A stretch of DNA of 32,062 bases, taken from positions 520 through 32,581 of the forward strand of contig JAIVWA010000001.1 of NCBI GenBank assembly GCA_049190255.1. Reading direction: 5' to 3'. The notes below the pieces were generated by a model. It saw only the letters and a program-made list of their open reading frames with translations. It ran no database searches and had not been told where the DNA came from. Source of the DNA: Gammaproteobacteria bacterium (lineage in GTDB: Bacteria; Desulfobacterota; Desulfobacteria; Desulfobacterales; JAFDCJ01). The translations under genes and the position numbers were made by a program. Of the stretch, positions 8,162 through 16,910 are shown one piece after another; positions within the stretch are counted from its first letter, which is position 1, and each line of letters starts with the position of its first letter.

Positions 8162-8814
8162 AAAGCTTCGAAGGGCTAAATTATTACCAAATTTTAAAAA
8201 TTCCGGCGAATGCATCCTTCATCGAGATCAAGCGAGCCTACAAAGATGCGCTGGAAATTTATGGAGAAGGTTCACTTGCAACCTACTCTCTTTTCTCCGA
8301 TGACGAACGGGTTCATCTGTTGAAAGCCATTGAAAAAGCTTTTTTTACCCTTGTAGATGAAGACAAAAGAGCTGGCTACGACCGGATGCTTGTTGATACC
8401 GGTCAGGTGGACGCTTCCATCTTAGCCAACAAAACTCAAAATAAGCCGATCCCCCTTTTTAATGACAAGAATTCTTTAAGCGCTGACGATTTAGCGAACA
8501 GGATTAGAAAAAAATCAGCGGAAAAAGAAATCAAAGCGCTTTTAGAAGAGGTCCTTGGAAAAGATCTGATCTCCGGAGACGATCTAAAAAGGCTGAGAAA
8601 AGCCTTAGGTATCGAAATTTTCGAAATATATCTGATTACCAAGATCAGTGTTGCGGTATTAAGGACGATTGAAGATAATCAGTTTGAGAGTCTTCCTGCC
8701 GACGTTTATCTAAACAATTTTTTAAGATCATATGCGGAAATCCTTCAAATAGATGCCCCGAGGGTCATTGACGGTTACTTTAATAATATGTCTCTGGCGC
8801 GCAAAGATGATTAG
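8158..8814 (+). CDS. J-domain-like (no HPD) plus RodZ-type HTH protein
   Basis: NYYQILKIPANASFIEIKRAY at the N-terminus; LKRLRKALGI...TKIS...IEDNQFESLPADVYLNNFLRSYAEIL at the C-terminus; ATGA overlap with the ATPase. Confidence 0.8.
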   Translation: MKSFEGLNYYQILKIPANASFIEIKRAYKDALEIYGEGSLATYSLFSDDERVHLLKAIEKAFFTLVDEDKRAGYDRMLVDTGQVDASILANKTQNKPIPLFNDKNSLSADDLANRIRKKSAEKEIKALLEEVLGKDLISGDDLKRLRKALGIEIFEIYLITKISVAVLRTIEDNQFESLPADVYLNNFLRSYAEILQIDAPRVIDGYFNNMSLARKDD

Positions 8815-8828
8815 CAATGCAATACATC

Positions 8829-8889
8829 GGGGTCACCCATTCTTGACAGATTTATTTTCTTTTAATTCACTATTCAAGCTTTGACCCCC
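8829..8889. mobile_element. About 60-bp mini-element with GGGGTCA...TGACCCC ends
   Basis: GGGGTCAcccattcTTGAca at 8829 and TCAAgcttTGACCCC at 8874-8888; the right end equals the repeat at 6996. Confidence 0.5.
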
Positions 8890-8895
8890 TATTTC

Positions 8896-9021
8896 TTCAA
8901 ACTCTTTGCTGCCCTCTTTTTCAAGAACCTTGTCCGCGATTACCTCGACGCTGCCCTTCTCGGGCTGATTTAGCGATCCGGCTTCATAGACATAGCGGCG
9001 ATGCCTTCGGATGCGCTCTTT
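8896..9021 (-). pseudogene. Probable internal fragment of a Y1/RAYT-like transposase
   Basis: KERIRRHRRYVYEAGSLNQPEKGSVEVIADKVLEKE resembles, from memory, the C-terminal half of deltaproteobacterial Y1 transposases; it ends at the mini-element. Confidence 0.45.
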
Positions 9022-9034
9022 TAAAAAGCAAATT

Positions 9035-11581
9035 TCAATTACCACCTCTCGCCCTCACCCGCGCGGTGGCCTGAGCCCGCAACGGATCGTCCGGCCAATA
9101 ATGTTTGGGATAGCGCCCTTTCAGCTCTTTTTTAACATCAGGATAGCCGGTCTGCCAGAATCCCGCCAGATCCTGTGTAATTTGTACCGGCCGGCCGGCC
9201 GGCGAAAGCAAATGAATCAGCAGGGGTTGACGTCCGCCGGCCACGGTCGGTGTTTGGCAAAGGCCGAACATCTCCTGCAGACGCACGGCCAGCACCGGCA
9301 CATCACCCGAATAATCAATCGGAATCCGTGAACCGCTCGGCACCGTCAGGTGGGTCGGAGCCAGTTCGTCCATTAGTTGACGCTGTTGATAGGACAGCAT
9401 ACCGGCCAGGGCCTTTTTCAACTCGATTTTAGCCAGGTCACGCCGGCGGGTTATTCCGGTCAGATAAGGTGCCAGCCATTGGGCCAGGTGTTTTGAAAGT
9501 CCGGCATCTGAAACATCCGGCCACTGCTGCTGACCTGTGGCAAATCTTCGCAAAAAGCAGACCCGATTCTGCCAATGCCTGAGAGCCCGGTTCCATGGTA
9601 AACAATCGAGCCCCAACTGCCGGATACCCTCAAGTAGTGCCGCCAGCAATTGATGCGGATCGGGCGTCTTCAACGGCTCGCTGCGCAATGTCAGAGCGCC
9701 CAACTTTAAGTCACGCCGTGCCGCCACCACCCGGCGCTCCGGATCCCAGGCCACGGTTTCGGCCCACTGGATCTGGCCGGCAAACTGCGCCATGAGTATA
9801 TCCGCTTCACAGGCGGCTGCTCTGTAGATTCGCGCGTTACGACGATTACCGTCCAGTTCGACCGCAATCACAAAGGCCTCGGCCGCCAGGGGCTCAGCCG
9901 GATCCAGAACTGCACCACGGCCATTGGCCAATAGAAACGTCCCCCTTCCGGTCGGGCGCTGGCGGGCAACCCGGTCCGGATAAGCCCAGGCCAGCAGCCG
10001 GCCGATGGATGCGGTATCACCTTCACCGGCACTGCCGCCCATGCGCCGGCGCAACTGATCCGCCGTCCGGACAACTCGGCGGACGGCGGAAAAATCAATG
10101 GTAGCCGCCGGATATGCCAGGGGTTGTTTGCGGCGCGCCGCCTGCACCAGGTCTATACGGATACGCATGTCGGCATCGGTTCGGCCGATGTCAAAACGAA
10201 CCACATCACGTTCACTGAGCAAAGCTGCCAAATCACATGCTACCCCTCCCTGGCCCAGGTCGTCCGCCGCCAGCATCATGTGAGCCAACCGGGGATGGAT
10301 CGGCAAGGCCGCCATCCGGCATCCGTGGTCGCCAATCCGGCCGTCGTCATCCAGCGCACCCAGGGTTCGGAGTAGTCGACCGGCGCTGTCAAACGCCCTG
10401 GCGGAAGGTGGATCAAGCCAGCGCAGCCGGCTGGTATCGTTCACACCCCAGATTGCCAGTTCCAGGGCCAGACCGGCCAGGTCAGCCTCCAGGATTTCAG
10501 GTTTGTGGGCTGCGGGCAACGTGCGATGAATACGATGTGACCAAAGTCGCAGGCAGATCCCCGGCCCGAGTCGCCCGGCCCGGCCCCGCCGCTGGTCAGC
10601 CGACGCCCGTGATACCGGTATCGTGACCAAGCGGGTCAGTCCGCTGCGCACATCAAAACGCGGAACCCGCTGCAAGCCGCTGTCAACCACCGTCCGGATC
10701 CCCTCGATGGTCAAGCTGGTTTCAGCAATGGACGTGGCCAGCACGATTTTGCGCTTTCCAGCGGGTGCCGGTTCAATGGCCCGGGCCTGACTGCTGCGCG
10801 GCAGGTTCCCGAAAAGCGGGGCAATGATCCAATCCGGACCCAGTCCGGCGTTTTCCAACAATCGGGTTACCCGACGGATCTCAGCGGCACCGGGTAAAAA
10901 TACCAGGATACTGCCCGATTCACTGCGAGCAACCGACAGCACGGCAGCGCCGATGGCATCGCTGGAAAACTCGGGCGTGTGGCGAACCACATAGCGGGTT
11001 TCAACCGGAAACGACCGCCCCTGGCAGGTAATTACCGGCGCATGGTCCAGTAGCGCGGCAATCGGTGCAGTTTCGATAGTGGCGGACATGATCAGCAGCC
11101 GCAGCTCTATGTTGAGCACGCCCTGCATATCGAGACACAGGGCCAGCCCCAGATCGGCATCCAGGCTGCGTTCGTGAAATTCGTCAAAGATCACCAGCCC
11201 GACTCCTGCCAGAGATGGATCGCTTTGCAGCATCCGCGTCAGCACACCCTCGGTTACCACTTCGATGCGGGTTGCAGCACTGACGCAACTATCCAACCGG
11301 ACCCGGTAGCCGACCGTCTGCCCCGCCCTTTCCTGCAGGAGATCGGCCATGCGCCCGGCCGCTGCCCGGGCAGCCAGGCGGCGCGGAGCCAGTATCACAA
11401 TTTTACGACCCTTGAGCCAGGATGCTTTCAGCAGGTGCAGGGGAACACAGGTCGTCTTGCCGGCGCCGGGCGGAGCCTGCAGCACGGCAGAGGCGTTACC
11501 GGACAGCGCTTTTTGCACATCCTCTAAAACCGCTTCAACGGGAAGGCCAAGTTGCGGTATATCTGTGTTCAGAGGTTTCAC
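9035..11581 (-). CDS. hrpB: ATP-dependent helicase HrpB
   Basis: APPGAGKTT, DEFHER, MSAT, QRRGRAGR; HrpB C-terminus LLSPAGRPVQITQDLAGFW...YPKHYWPDDP. Confidence 0.97.
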   Translation of the reverse strand: MKPLNTDIPQLGLPVEAVLEDVQKALSGNASAVLQAPPGAGKTTCVPLHLLKASWLKGRKIVILAPRRLAARAAAGRMADLLQERAGQTVGYRVRLDSCVSAATRIEVVTEGVLTRMLQSDPSLAGVGLVIFDEFHERSLDADLGLALCLDMQGVLNIELRLLIMSATIETAPIAALLDHAPVITCQGRSFPVETRYVVRHTPEFSSDAIGAAVLSVARSESGSILVFLPGAAEIRRVTRLLENAGLGPDWIIAPLFGNLPRSSQARAIEPAPAGKRKIVLATSIAETSLTIEGIRTVVDSGLQRVPRFDVRSGLTRLVTIPVSRASADQRRGRAGRLGPGICLRLWSHRIHRTLPAAHKPEILEADLAGLALELAIWGVNDTSRLRWLDPPSARAFDSAGRLLRTLGALDDDGRIGDHGCRMAALPIHPRLAHMMLAADDLGQGGVACDLAALLSERDVVRFDIGRTDADMRIRIDLVQAARRKQPLAYPAATIDFSAVRRVVRTADQLRRRMGGSAGEGDTASIGRLLAWAYPDRVARQRPTGRGTFLLANGRGAVLDPAEPLAAEAFVIAVELDGNRRNARIYRAAACEADILMAQFAGQIQWAETVAWDPERRVVAARRDLKLGALTLRSEPLKTPDPHQLLAALLEGIRQLGLDCLPWNRALRHWQNRVCFLRRFATGQQQWPDVSDAGLSKHLAQWLAPYLTGITRRRDLAKIELKKALAGMLSYQQRQLMDELAPTHLTVPSGSRIPIDYSGDVPVLAVRLQEMFGLCQTPTVAGGRQPLLIHLLSPAGRPVQITQDLAGFWQTGYPDVKKELKGRYPKHYWPDDPLRAQATARVRARGGN

Positions 11582-11630
11582 GATTGACTGTATTTAGGGG
11601 ACATCCTAAAGTTTTAAAGATTAAGAGAAA

Positions 11631-12178
11631 TTAAAACGCATGAGAGTCCAGCGATAATAATTCTGAAAAATCAAATTCTCCTGCAGTTTTTTCCCCTCGC
11701 TGGACTTCATAACTGAGCGCCATAACTGATACGTTCATTCAGTCCGATAATTTTGCCATACTTATCTCTAATTCTCGGGTGGGCCGATAACATAGAAGGC
11801 TCCTAGCGCGCACCCGCTGACGATATTTACCTGTAAAAGAAAACTTGCCCGGGGATGCCAGCTTCGACCCAAGGCCGACCCGCAGCGGATTAAGGTGTAT
11901 ATACCGCCCCGCCTCTAAAATGTAAGCATCTTGCTGGCATAAAATCGATATGCCTGCCCCGATAAATCTATATTAAAGTAGGCATCACGGGTCTAAGAAA
12001 AGGAAAATATACTTTGGATATTACAGATTTGATATTCCATTTAACTGGGGTAGCGGTTTTGAAACAAATGTCCGTAACGACGATGCCGGCGATTGTACCA
12101 CAACGCATGCCCGGTCAACAATCTTCTCATTACGGTAGCTACCGGTGCATTTCCGGTTCTTAACAACAGGTGAAAATG
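11631..12178 (-). pseudogene. Decayed Y1/RAYT-like transposase (insertion, internal deletion, in-frame stop)
   Basis: 12178-12050 reads HFHLLLRTGNAPVATVMRRLLTGHALWYNRRHRRYGHLFQNRY (33/43 identical to the neighbouring intact gene); 11948-11829 reads SILCQQDAYILEAGRYIHLNPLRVG...; then KYRQRVRARSLLCYRPTRELEISMAKLSD*MNVSVMALSYEVQRGEK (HTH tail). Confidence 0.9.
11957..12050. mobile_element. MITE-like insertion inside the transposase pseudogene
   Basis: About 100 bp interrupt the QNRY|(K)SILC motif; the ends CCCCGATAAAT and ATTTAACTGGGG are imperfect inverted repeats. Confidence 0.55.
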
Positions 12179-12355
12179 TTATGTGAAGGCACATATTATG
12201 TAAAGTTGATATCCTCAAATTCTGCCTTTTGTATTCATTTCTATCACCTCTTCAATAGTTTAGTCCACATAATTGTGGCTCTTTGCCAAGTCGGTTGAGC
12301 CATTGGAGAACGTGGGGCTGTTGCAATGTGGAAACAATGGGACGTTGGTGAAAGG

Positions 12356-12383
12356 TTGACATATATGATGGTTTATGTAATGT
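12356..12383 (+). promoter_or_regulatory. Sigma70-type promoter, probably giving a leaderless transposase mRNA
   Basis: TTGACA-N16-TAATGT; ATG follows 6 nt later with no SD; the -35 box overlaps the left inverted repeat. Confidence 0.55.
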
Positions 12384-12389
12384 AAGCAC

Positions 12390-13406
12390 ATGCCACGAAA
12401 AGCACGCATAGATGCGCCGGGAGCTCTTCATCACATCGTCATACGGGGGATTGAACGAAAACCGATATTCAAAGATTCTCTAGACTATCAAAACTTTATC
12501 GAGCGACTATCAAATATTCTGAGCGAATCTTCGACACCGTGTTTCGCATGGGTTTTGATGACCAATCACGCCCATTTGTTGCTGAGAACCGGTCTGACGT
12601 CGATTTCTACCGTAATGCGTCGCCTACTGACCGGTTATGCACAACAATTTAACCGGCGCCATCGACGTTACGGCCATTTATTTCAGAACCGGTACAAGTC
12701 TTTCCTGTGTGAGGAGGAGCTCTATCTTCTTGAGTTGGTTCGATATATTCACTTGAACCCGATTCGGGCAGGTATGGTAGAAGATTTAAAGGCGCTGAAT
12801 TCTTATTCCCGCAGCGGTCACTCTGTGATAATGGGACGGGTCAAGCATGACTGGCAGGATACGCATTATGTGCTGGCGCGTTTCGGTGACTCGGTAAAAG
12901 AAGCCAGAAAATCCTATTTGAGGTTTGTTCGAAAGGCCATTAATCAGGGGCGCAGACCCGATCTTGTTGGAGGTGGACTGCTTCGATCGATTGGTGGCTG
13001 GTCAGCGCTAAAGGCCATTCGGGATACCGAAACGCGGGTCATCAGTGATGAACGCATCCTTGGGAGCAGCGAATTTGTCGAAACGGTGCTGAAATCAGCC
13101 AATGAGGCCTATGAACGGAAGACTGTAATTCAGGCCAAAGGTATTAATCTGGACCGCCTGATTGGTATGGTTGCCGGCAGACTGGATATGGATGTTGATT
13201 TGATTCTAAGTTCGAGTCGTCAGAGGACGGTTGCCTTGGCAAGATCGATCATTTGCTGTTTAGCTGTTGATCAGTTGATGCTCAGCGGAACTTTGGTTGC
13301 CAGCCGACTGAATTTGACACCGTCTGCGGTCAGCAAGCTTGTAAGCCGCGGGCGTCTGGAAACGGAAACCAGGGAAATTGCCAAAGAGCTGCCTGAAGTC
13401 AAATAG
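12390..13406 (+). CDS. HUH Y1 (RAYT/IS200-like) transposase with C-terminal HTH extension
   Basis: MPRKARI...HHIVIRG, HUH motif NHAH, GHLFQNRYKS, catalytic Tyr in RYIHLNP; tail ARSIIC...SRLNLTPSAVSKLV. Confidence 0.93.
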   Translation: MPRKARIDAPGALHHIVIRGIERKPIFKDSLDYQNFIERLSNILSESSTPCFAWVLMTNHAHLLLRTGLTSISTVMRRLLTGYAQQFNRRHRRYGHLFQNRYKSFLCEEELYLLELVRYIHLNPIRAGMVEDLKALNSYSRSGHSVIMGRVKHDWQDTHYVLARFGDSVKEARKSYLRFVRKAINQGRRPDLVGGGLLRSIGGWSALKAIRDTETRVISDERILGSSEFVETVLKSANEAYERKTVIQAKGINLDRLIGMVAGRLDMDVDLILSSSRQRTVALARSIICCLAVDQLMLSGTLVASRLNLTPSAVSKLVSRGRLETETREIAKELPEVK

Positions 13407-13870
13407 TCTTCAGCCGGGCGACGGGTTCGGAGAGTGACTTACCAGCAGTATAAAATATTTGGAAACCTTTCACCAACGTCCCGGTTCCTTATATACCATT
13501 GAAGGCAAACCTCGGAAGGTCAAACCACCGGCAGATGAGGAAATGAGTTTGAGAGGGATGCAGAGGTAGCGCTTATAATTCAGCGGTATGAGATTTTGAT
13601 GAAAGCTTTATTGAAACAATTACCCAATAACTTTCAATTGTAAGAAAAATCCACAAAATCAAGCCTATGGCAAATTCAAATCGATCCCTTTGAATTTTGT
13701 CAATGTTTAATACGTTTTCATATAGTTAAGTCGTGTTCTACAAATCTTAACCGGGCAACAGTGATGTCTTCTTACAATAAATCTATCCTTTCAAAAGTAG
13801 AGATTTCTCCACTTAAAAGGTAGTGGCCTCCGTATAACCGAATTGAATCGTATTAGGCCTGAATTCCAGT

Positions 13871-15079
13871 TCAGTCGTAAAGATCTAAATCAGGATACAG
13901 TTTTTTGGCGCAATCCGGGCAAATACCGTGGCTGAATGCAGTGCCGGTATGCTCCTGAATATAACTTTCCAGCTGGTTCCAATAGCCTTTATCGTCTCTG
14001 ATTTTTTTGCATGACGCACATATGGGTAAAAGGCGGCCCAAGGTCTTTACTTCGTCAAGGGCCTTTTGAAGCTCAACGATCAACTTCTCTTTTTCCTCTT
14101 CTGCCCATATGCGCTCTTTGATTTCCGCACTCAAACTTTGGGTTTTCCTGGCAACTTCCCGCTTCAGATACCAGAGCCCCGCCATCGCCAGTAGGAACAA
14201 AATGGGTCCCAGAATGATAGCCAGGTATTTAAGTATCAAGGTCAACGGAACGGGAGGCCGTGGAAGAATCGGGCCGAACCATTTGTTATAAAGCTCGTTA
14301 TAGGTTCCATTTGCAATAACAATGGCCAGGCCTTCGTTCAGAATCGCCAGCAATTCTCCATCGCCTTCCTGCACGGCAAAACAAAACTTCTGTTCAAAAC
14401 CCGACAGTGGTTTGCCGACCGGTTTCAGGCTTGTTTCCTGAATCGAGCTGACATTGACGACATTGGAAATACCCAGTTTCTTGATAAGCTGCAGACCGGC
14501 CAGTTGCTGGATGACAACCGCATCATGCTGACCCTCAGAGAGCAATTTCATGGCTTGCTCAAAGCTGTCGGTCAATATCAGTTTATCAGACAAGTTTTCT
14601 TTGACGGCATATTCATGGGCCGTATCGCCGCGCATCACCAGGACTTCCTTGTCTTTCAAATCCTGCTGGCTGCGAATTGACTTTTCCCCTTCACGCACAA
14701 AAATGGTGCCGTGCATCCGCAAGTAGGGTGCGCTAAAATCAAATAGCTCGTCCCGTTCCGGGGAATAGGAGACGAGAGGAAGAACATCAAGCTGTCTGTC
14801 TATCAGTTTCTGCTTGATTTCATGCCAGGGGCCAACATGGATGCTGACCTCCAGGCCCACGGCGTAGGCAACCGCCTTCAGTAAATCAACTGAAAAACCA
14901 TCGGCGCTCCCGTCTGCCCGGACCAGGGCAAAGGGGGGATAGTCTAATTCGCTGGCGGATTTGAGTATTCGGCGGTTGGCCCTTAATAGATGTTCAGCGC
15001 TTACGGCGGGCGGCATAAGCCCAAGGATGATCGCGATGACAACCAATTGACAAAAAATTACGACACGATAGGCCAACAT
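13871..15079 (-). CDS. Membrane sensor: amino-acid-type solute-binding domain, TM helix, coiled coil, Cys-rich C-terminal domain
   Basis: Signal peptide; DYPPF...GFSVDLL, FDFSAPY, NGTYNELYNKW; TM YLAIILGPILFLLAMAGLWY; LPICASCKKIRDDKGYW...SHGICPDC. Confidence 0.85.
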   Translation of the reverse strand: MLAYRVVIFCQLVVIAIILGLMPPAVSAEHLLRANRRILKSASELDYPPFALVRADGSADGFSVDLLKAVAYAVGLEVSIHVGPWHEIKQKLIDRQLDVLPLVSYSPERDELFDFSAPYLRMHGTIFVREGEKSIRSQQDLKDKEVLVMRGDTAHEYAVKENLSDKLILTDSFEQAMKLLSEGQHDAVVIQQLAGLQLIKKLGISNVVNVSSIQETSLKPVGKPLSGFEQKFCFAVQEGDGELLAILNEGLAIVIANGTYNELYNKWFGPILPRPPVPLTLILKYLAIILGPILFLLAMAGLWYLKREVARKTQSLSAEIKERIWAEEEKEKLIVELQKALDEVKTLGRLLPICASCKKIRDDKGYWNQLESYIQEHTGTAFSHGICPDCAKKLYPDLDLYD

Positions 15080-15131
15080 TAAAAAACCTCAATTCATCGA
15101 TTAATATCAAAGCCCTTTTATGGGCCTTACC

Positions 15132-16202
15132 TTAGTTTTGCAGATTGCACAACAGGAAGTGCTCCTCAAAAACTGATCCGATGAGCAGCGTGTTTTCAAA
15201 GACGGCCGCCACACTGGAACCCGAAAGCGGTTGGCCATTGTTCAGATAGATCTCTTTTACGGTGTGCTGACCGGATTCTTTTATGGTCACCTTTATCACC
15301 TGGGATGGTGATAACACTTTGGGGTCTTTGGAATGTTTAACGAAGGTCAAAAGCTTGGGGTGGGAACCGACCCATAAATCACCCCTTGGATCAATTTCGA
15401 TATTGTCCACGCCGGTACCGGCCTCTATCGTGCTGCGCAAGGACAGGTCCCCGGTATTGCGGTTTCGATCATATACATAAATTTTTTGTGCCACAGTTGC
15501 CGCAACATAAACCGTTTGGCCATCTGAGCTTATATTGATGCCGTTGGCGTAGGCAAGCGCTTGGGCAACTTTACGAAAGCCTTTGCCATCGTAGTAGAGC
15601 ACATAGGACCGCGCCAATTGGAGATACTCCTCCGCCATACGCCCAAACGCAGTGGCGTTGCCATGATCGTTGGTTACGTAAAAGGCGGCGGGTCCAACCG
15701 GGAGCACATCATTGGGGCTGTGCATCAAGGCTCCTGAAACCGACTGCCGGTGAACCAGTTTGCCGCCCCGATAATCAAAAATTTCAACAAAGTGACCATC
15801 CCGACGATGATTCACCACGAAAAGAGAAGAAGTCCCATCCCCGGCCATCCACAAACCGATGCCATGGGGGTTAAGTTCTTTGTCAAAGCCAACTGTCAGG
15901 TTTACCAGCTGCGAGTTGGCTGAACTCAGGTCAAACCCGTAAATGGCCCCCTGACGCGGCTGTGCGGCGTCGGACCACCGGGCCCTGCGGTCGGCGGAAG
16001 AAATAAAAGCCAGGCCTGTTCGCGGATGGATGGTGATGTCCTCAGAGCTTAAAACGCCTGATATGGACTTGCTCTGACCTTTAAAATGCGGCTTGATTTC
16101 CCTGAATTCCCCGGCATCGTAAAACGTCTTCACCATGAAGCCCGCTAAAATGAGCACCAGCACCAGCAAGGTTAGGATTGTATTTCTCAGATATTTTGAC
16201 AT
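15132..16202 (-). CDS. Paraoxonase/arylesterase-like six-bladed beta-propeller lactonase
   Basis: SEDITI...GLAFISS, NPHGI, PNDVLPVGPAAFYVTNDH, ANGINISSDG, VDNIEID, WVGSHP; N-terminal hydrophobic anchor. Confidence 0.85.
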   Translation of the reverse strand: MSKYLRNTILTLLVLVLILAGFMVKTFYDAGEFREIKPHFKGQSKSISGVLSSEDITIHPRTGLAFISSADRRARWSDAAQPRQGAIYGFDLSSANSQLVNLTVGFDKELNPHGIGLWMAGDGTSSLFVVNHRRDGHFVEIFDYRGGKLVHRQSVSGALMHSPNDVLPVGPAAFYVTNDHGNATAFGRMAEEYLQLARSYVLYYDGKGFRKVAQALAYANGINISSDGQTVYVAATVAQKIYVYDRNRNTGDLSLRSTIEAGTGVDNIEIDPRGDLWVGSHPKLLTFVKHSKDPKVLSPSQVIKVTIKESGQHTVKEIYLNNGQPLSGSSVAAVFENTLLIGSVFEEHFLLCNLQN

Positions 16203-16242
16203 TTGGTAATCCCCCGGTAAACGATGAAGAATTATTACCTGG

Positions 16243-16343
16243 ATTAGAGCGTTTGTCAGAATAACGCAGCGATAGCGGTGATTTGTTGGATCTTCTCAGG
16301 ATCGTCGATAACCTCCAATATGGGCTGATCCAAACGCTCTAAT
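16243..16343. mobile_element. 101-bp MITE-like element with perfect 13-bp terminal inverted repeats
   Basis: ATTAGAGCGTTTG (16243-16255) and CAAACGCTCTAAT (16331-16343). Confidence 0.65.
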
Positions 16344-16576
16344 ATTTTAATATAGCGGTTGTCATGTTAATAGCAAGTTTAAGTTGTTACACATTAAATT
16401 TTCTCCTGATAGCAAATCTGGCAAACGGAACATACTTCAGACAACCGCTATAATCTGTCTTGAAAATTTTGTTATTCGATCGTATTAACTATAGTGTCCG
16501 TGCACAAATGGCAGGTTTTGGTTCAGAGCACGTGTCGCGGCGTAGCCCTTGGGCGAAGACTGAAGGCTTGAGCAAT

Positions 16577-16910
16577 ATGGAAAAAAACACTCCCGTTATT
16601 GAATTTGCTAAATTAAAATTTTCTTTTTCTGATACGAGGGTCCTTTTTGAGAATCTTTCATTAAAGCTGAACTCCGGCAGTTTCTACCTGATCCGGGGGC
16701 CATCCGGATCGGGCAAGTCGACCTTTCTGCGCTTGATCAACCGCCTGGAGGAGCCTTCGGCCGGCAACATATTCTTTAACGGCCGCCGACTGGCATCCTA
16801 TAGCCCGCCTTTGCTGCGGCGCTCGATTTTATATATTCAGCAAACACCGACCGCCATCGACGGGACGGTCCGGCAAAATTTACTGCTGGGGTTCACCTTT
16901 AAAAACAACC
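16577..16910 (+). pseudogene. 5' half of a FetA/YbbL-like ABC ATPase
   Basis: Walker A GPSGSGKST, INRLEEP, GTVRQNL; signature and Walker B are missing. Confidence 0.8.

Larger units (their letters stand above)
12339..13482 (+). mobile_element. Y1-transposase element bounded by perfect 19-bp inverted repeats
   Basis: GGGACGTTGGTGAAAGGTT (12339-12357) and AACCTTTCACCAACGTCCC (13464-13482). Confidence 0.85.

Noticed and set aside
11770-11920. GC-rich stretch upstream of hrpB, first suspected to be a riboswitch or hammerhead (CTGACGA...GAAA)
   Set aside because: The stems and cleavage triplet do not fit, and the minus strand translates to transposase motifs (RYIHLNP, ARSLLCY), so it is pseudogene sequence
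13500-13575. Possible c-di-GMP-I riboswitch (GGCAAACC...)
   Set aside because: No GNRA-capped stem with the following GCAAAG element, and no downstream gene on that strand
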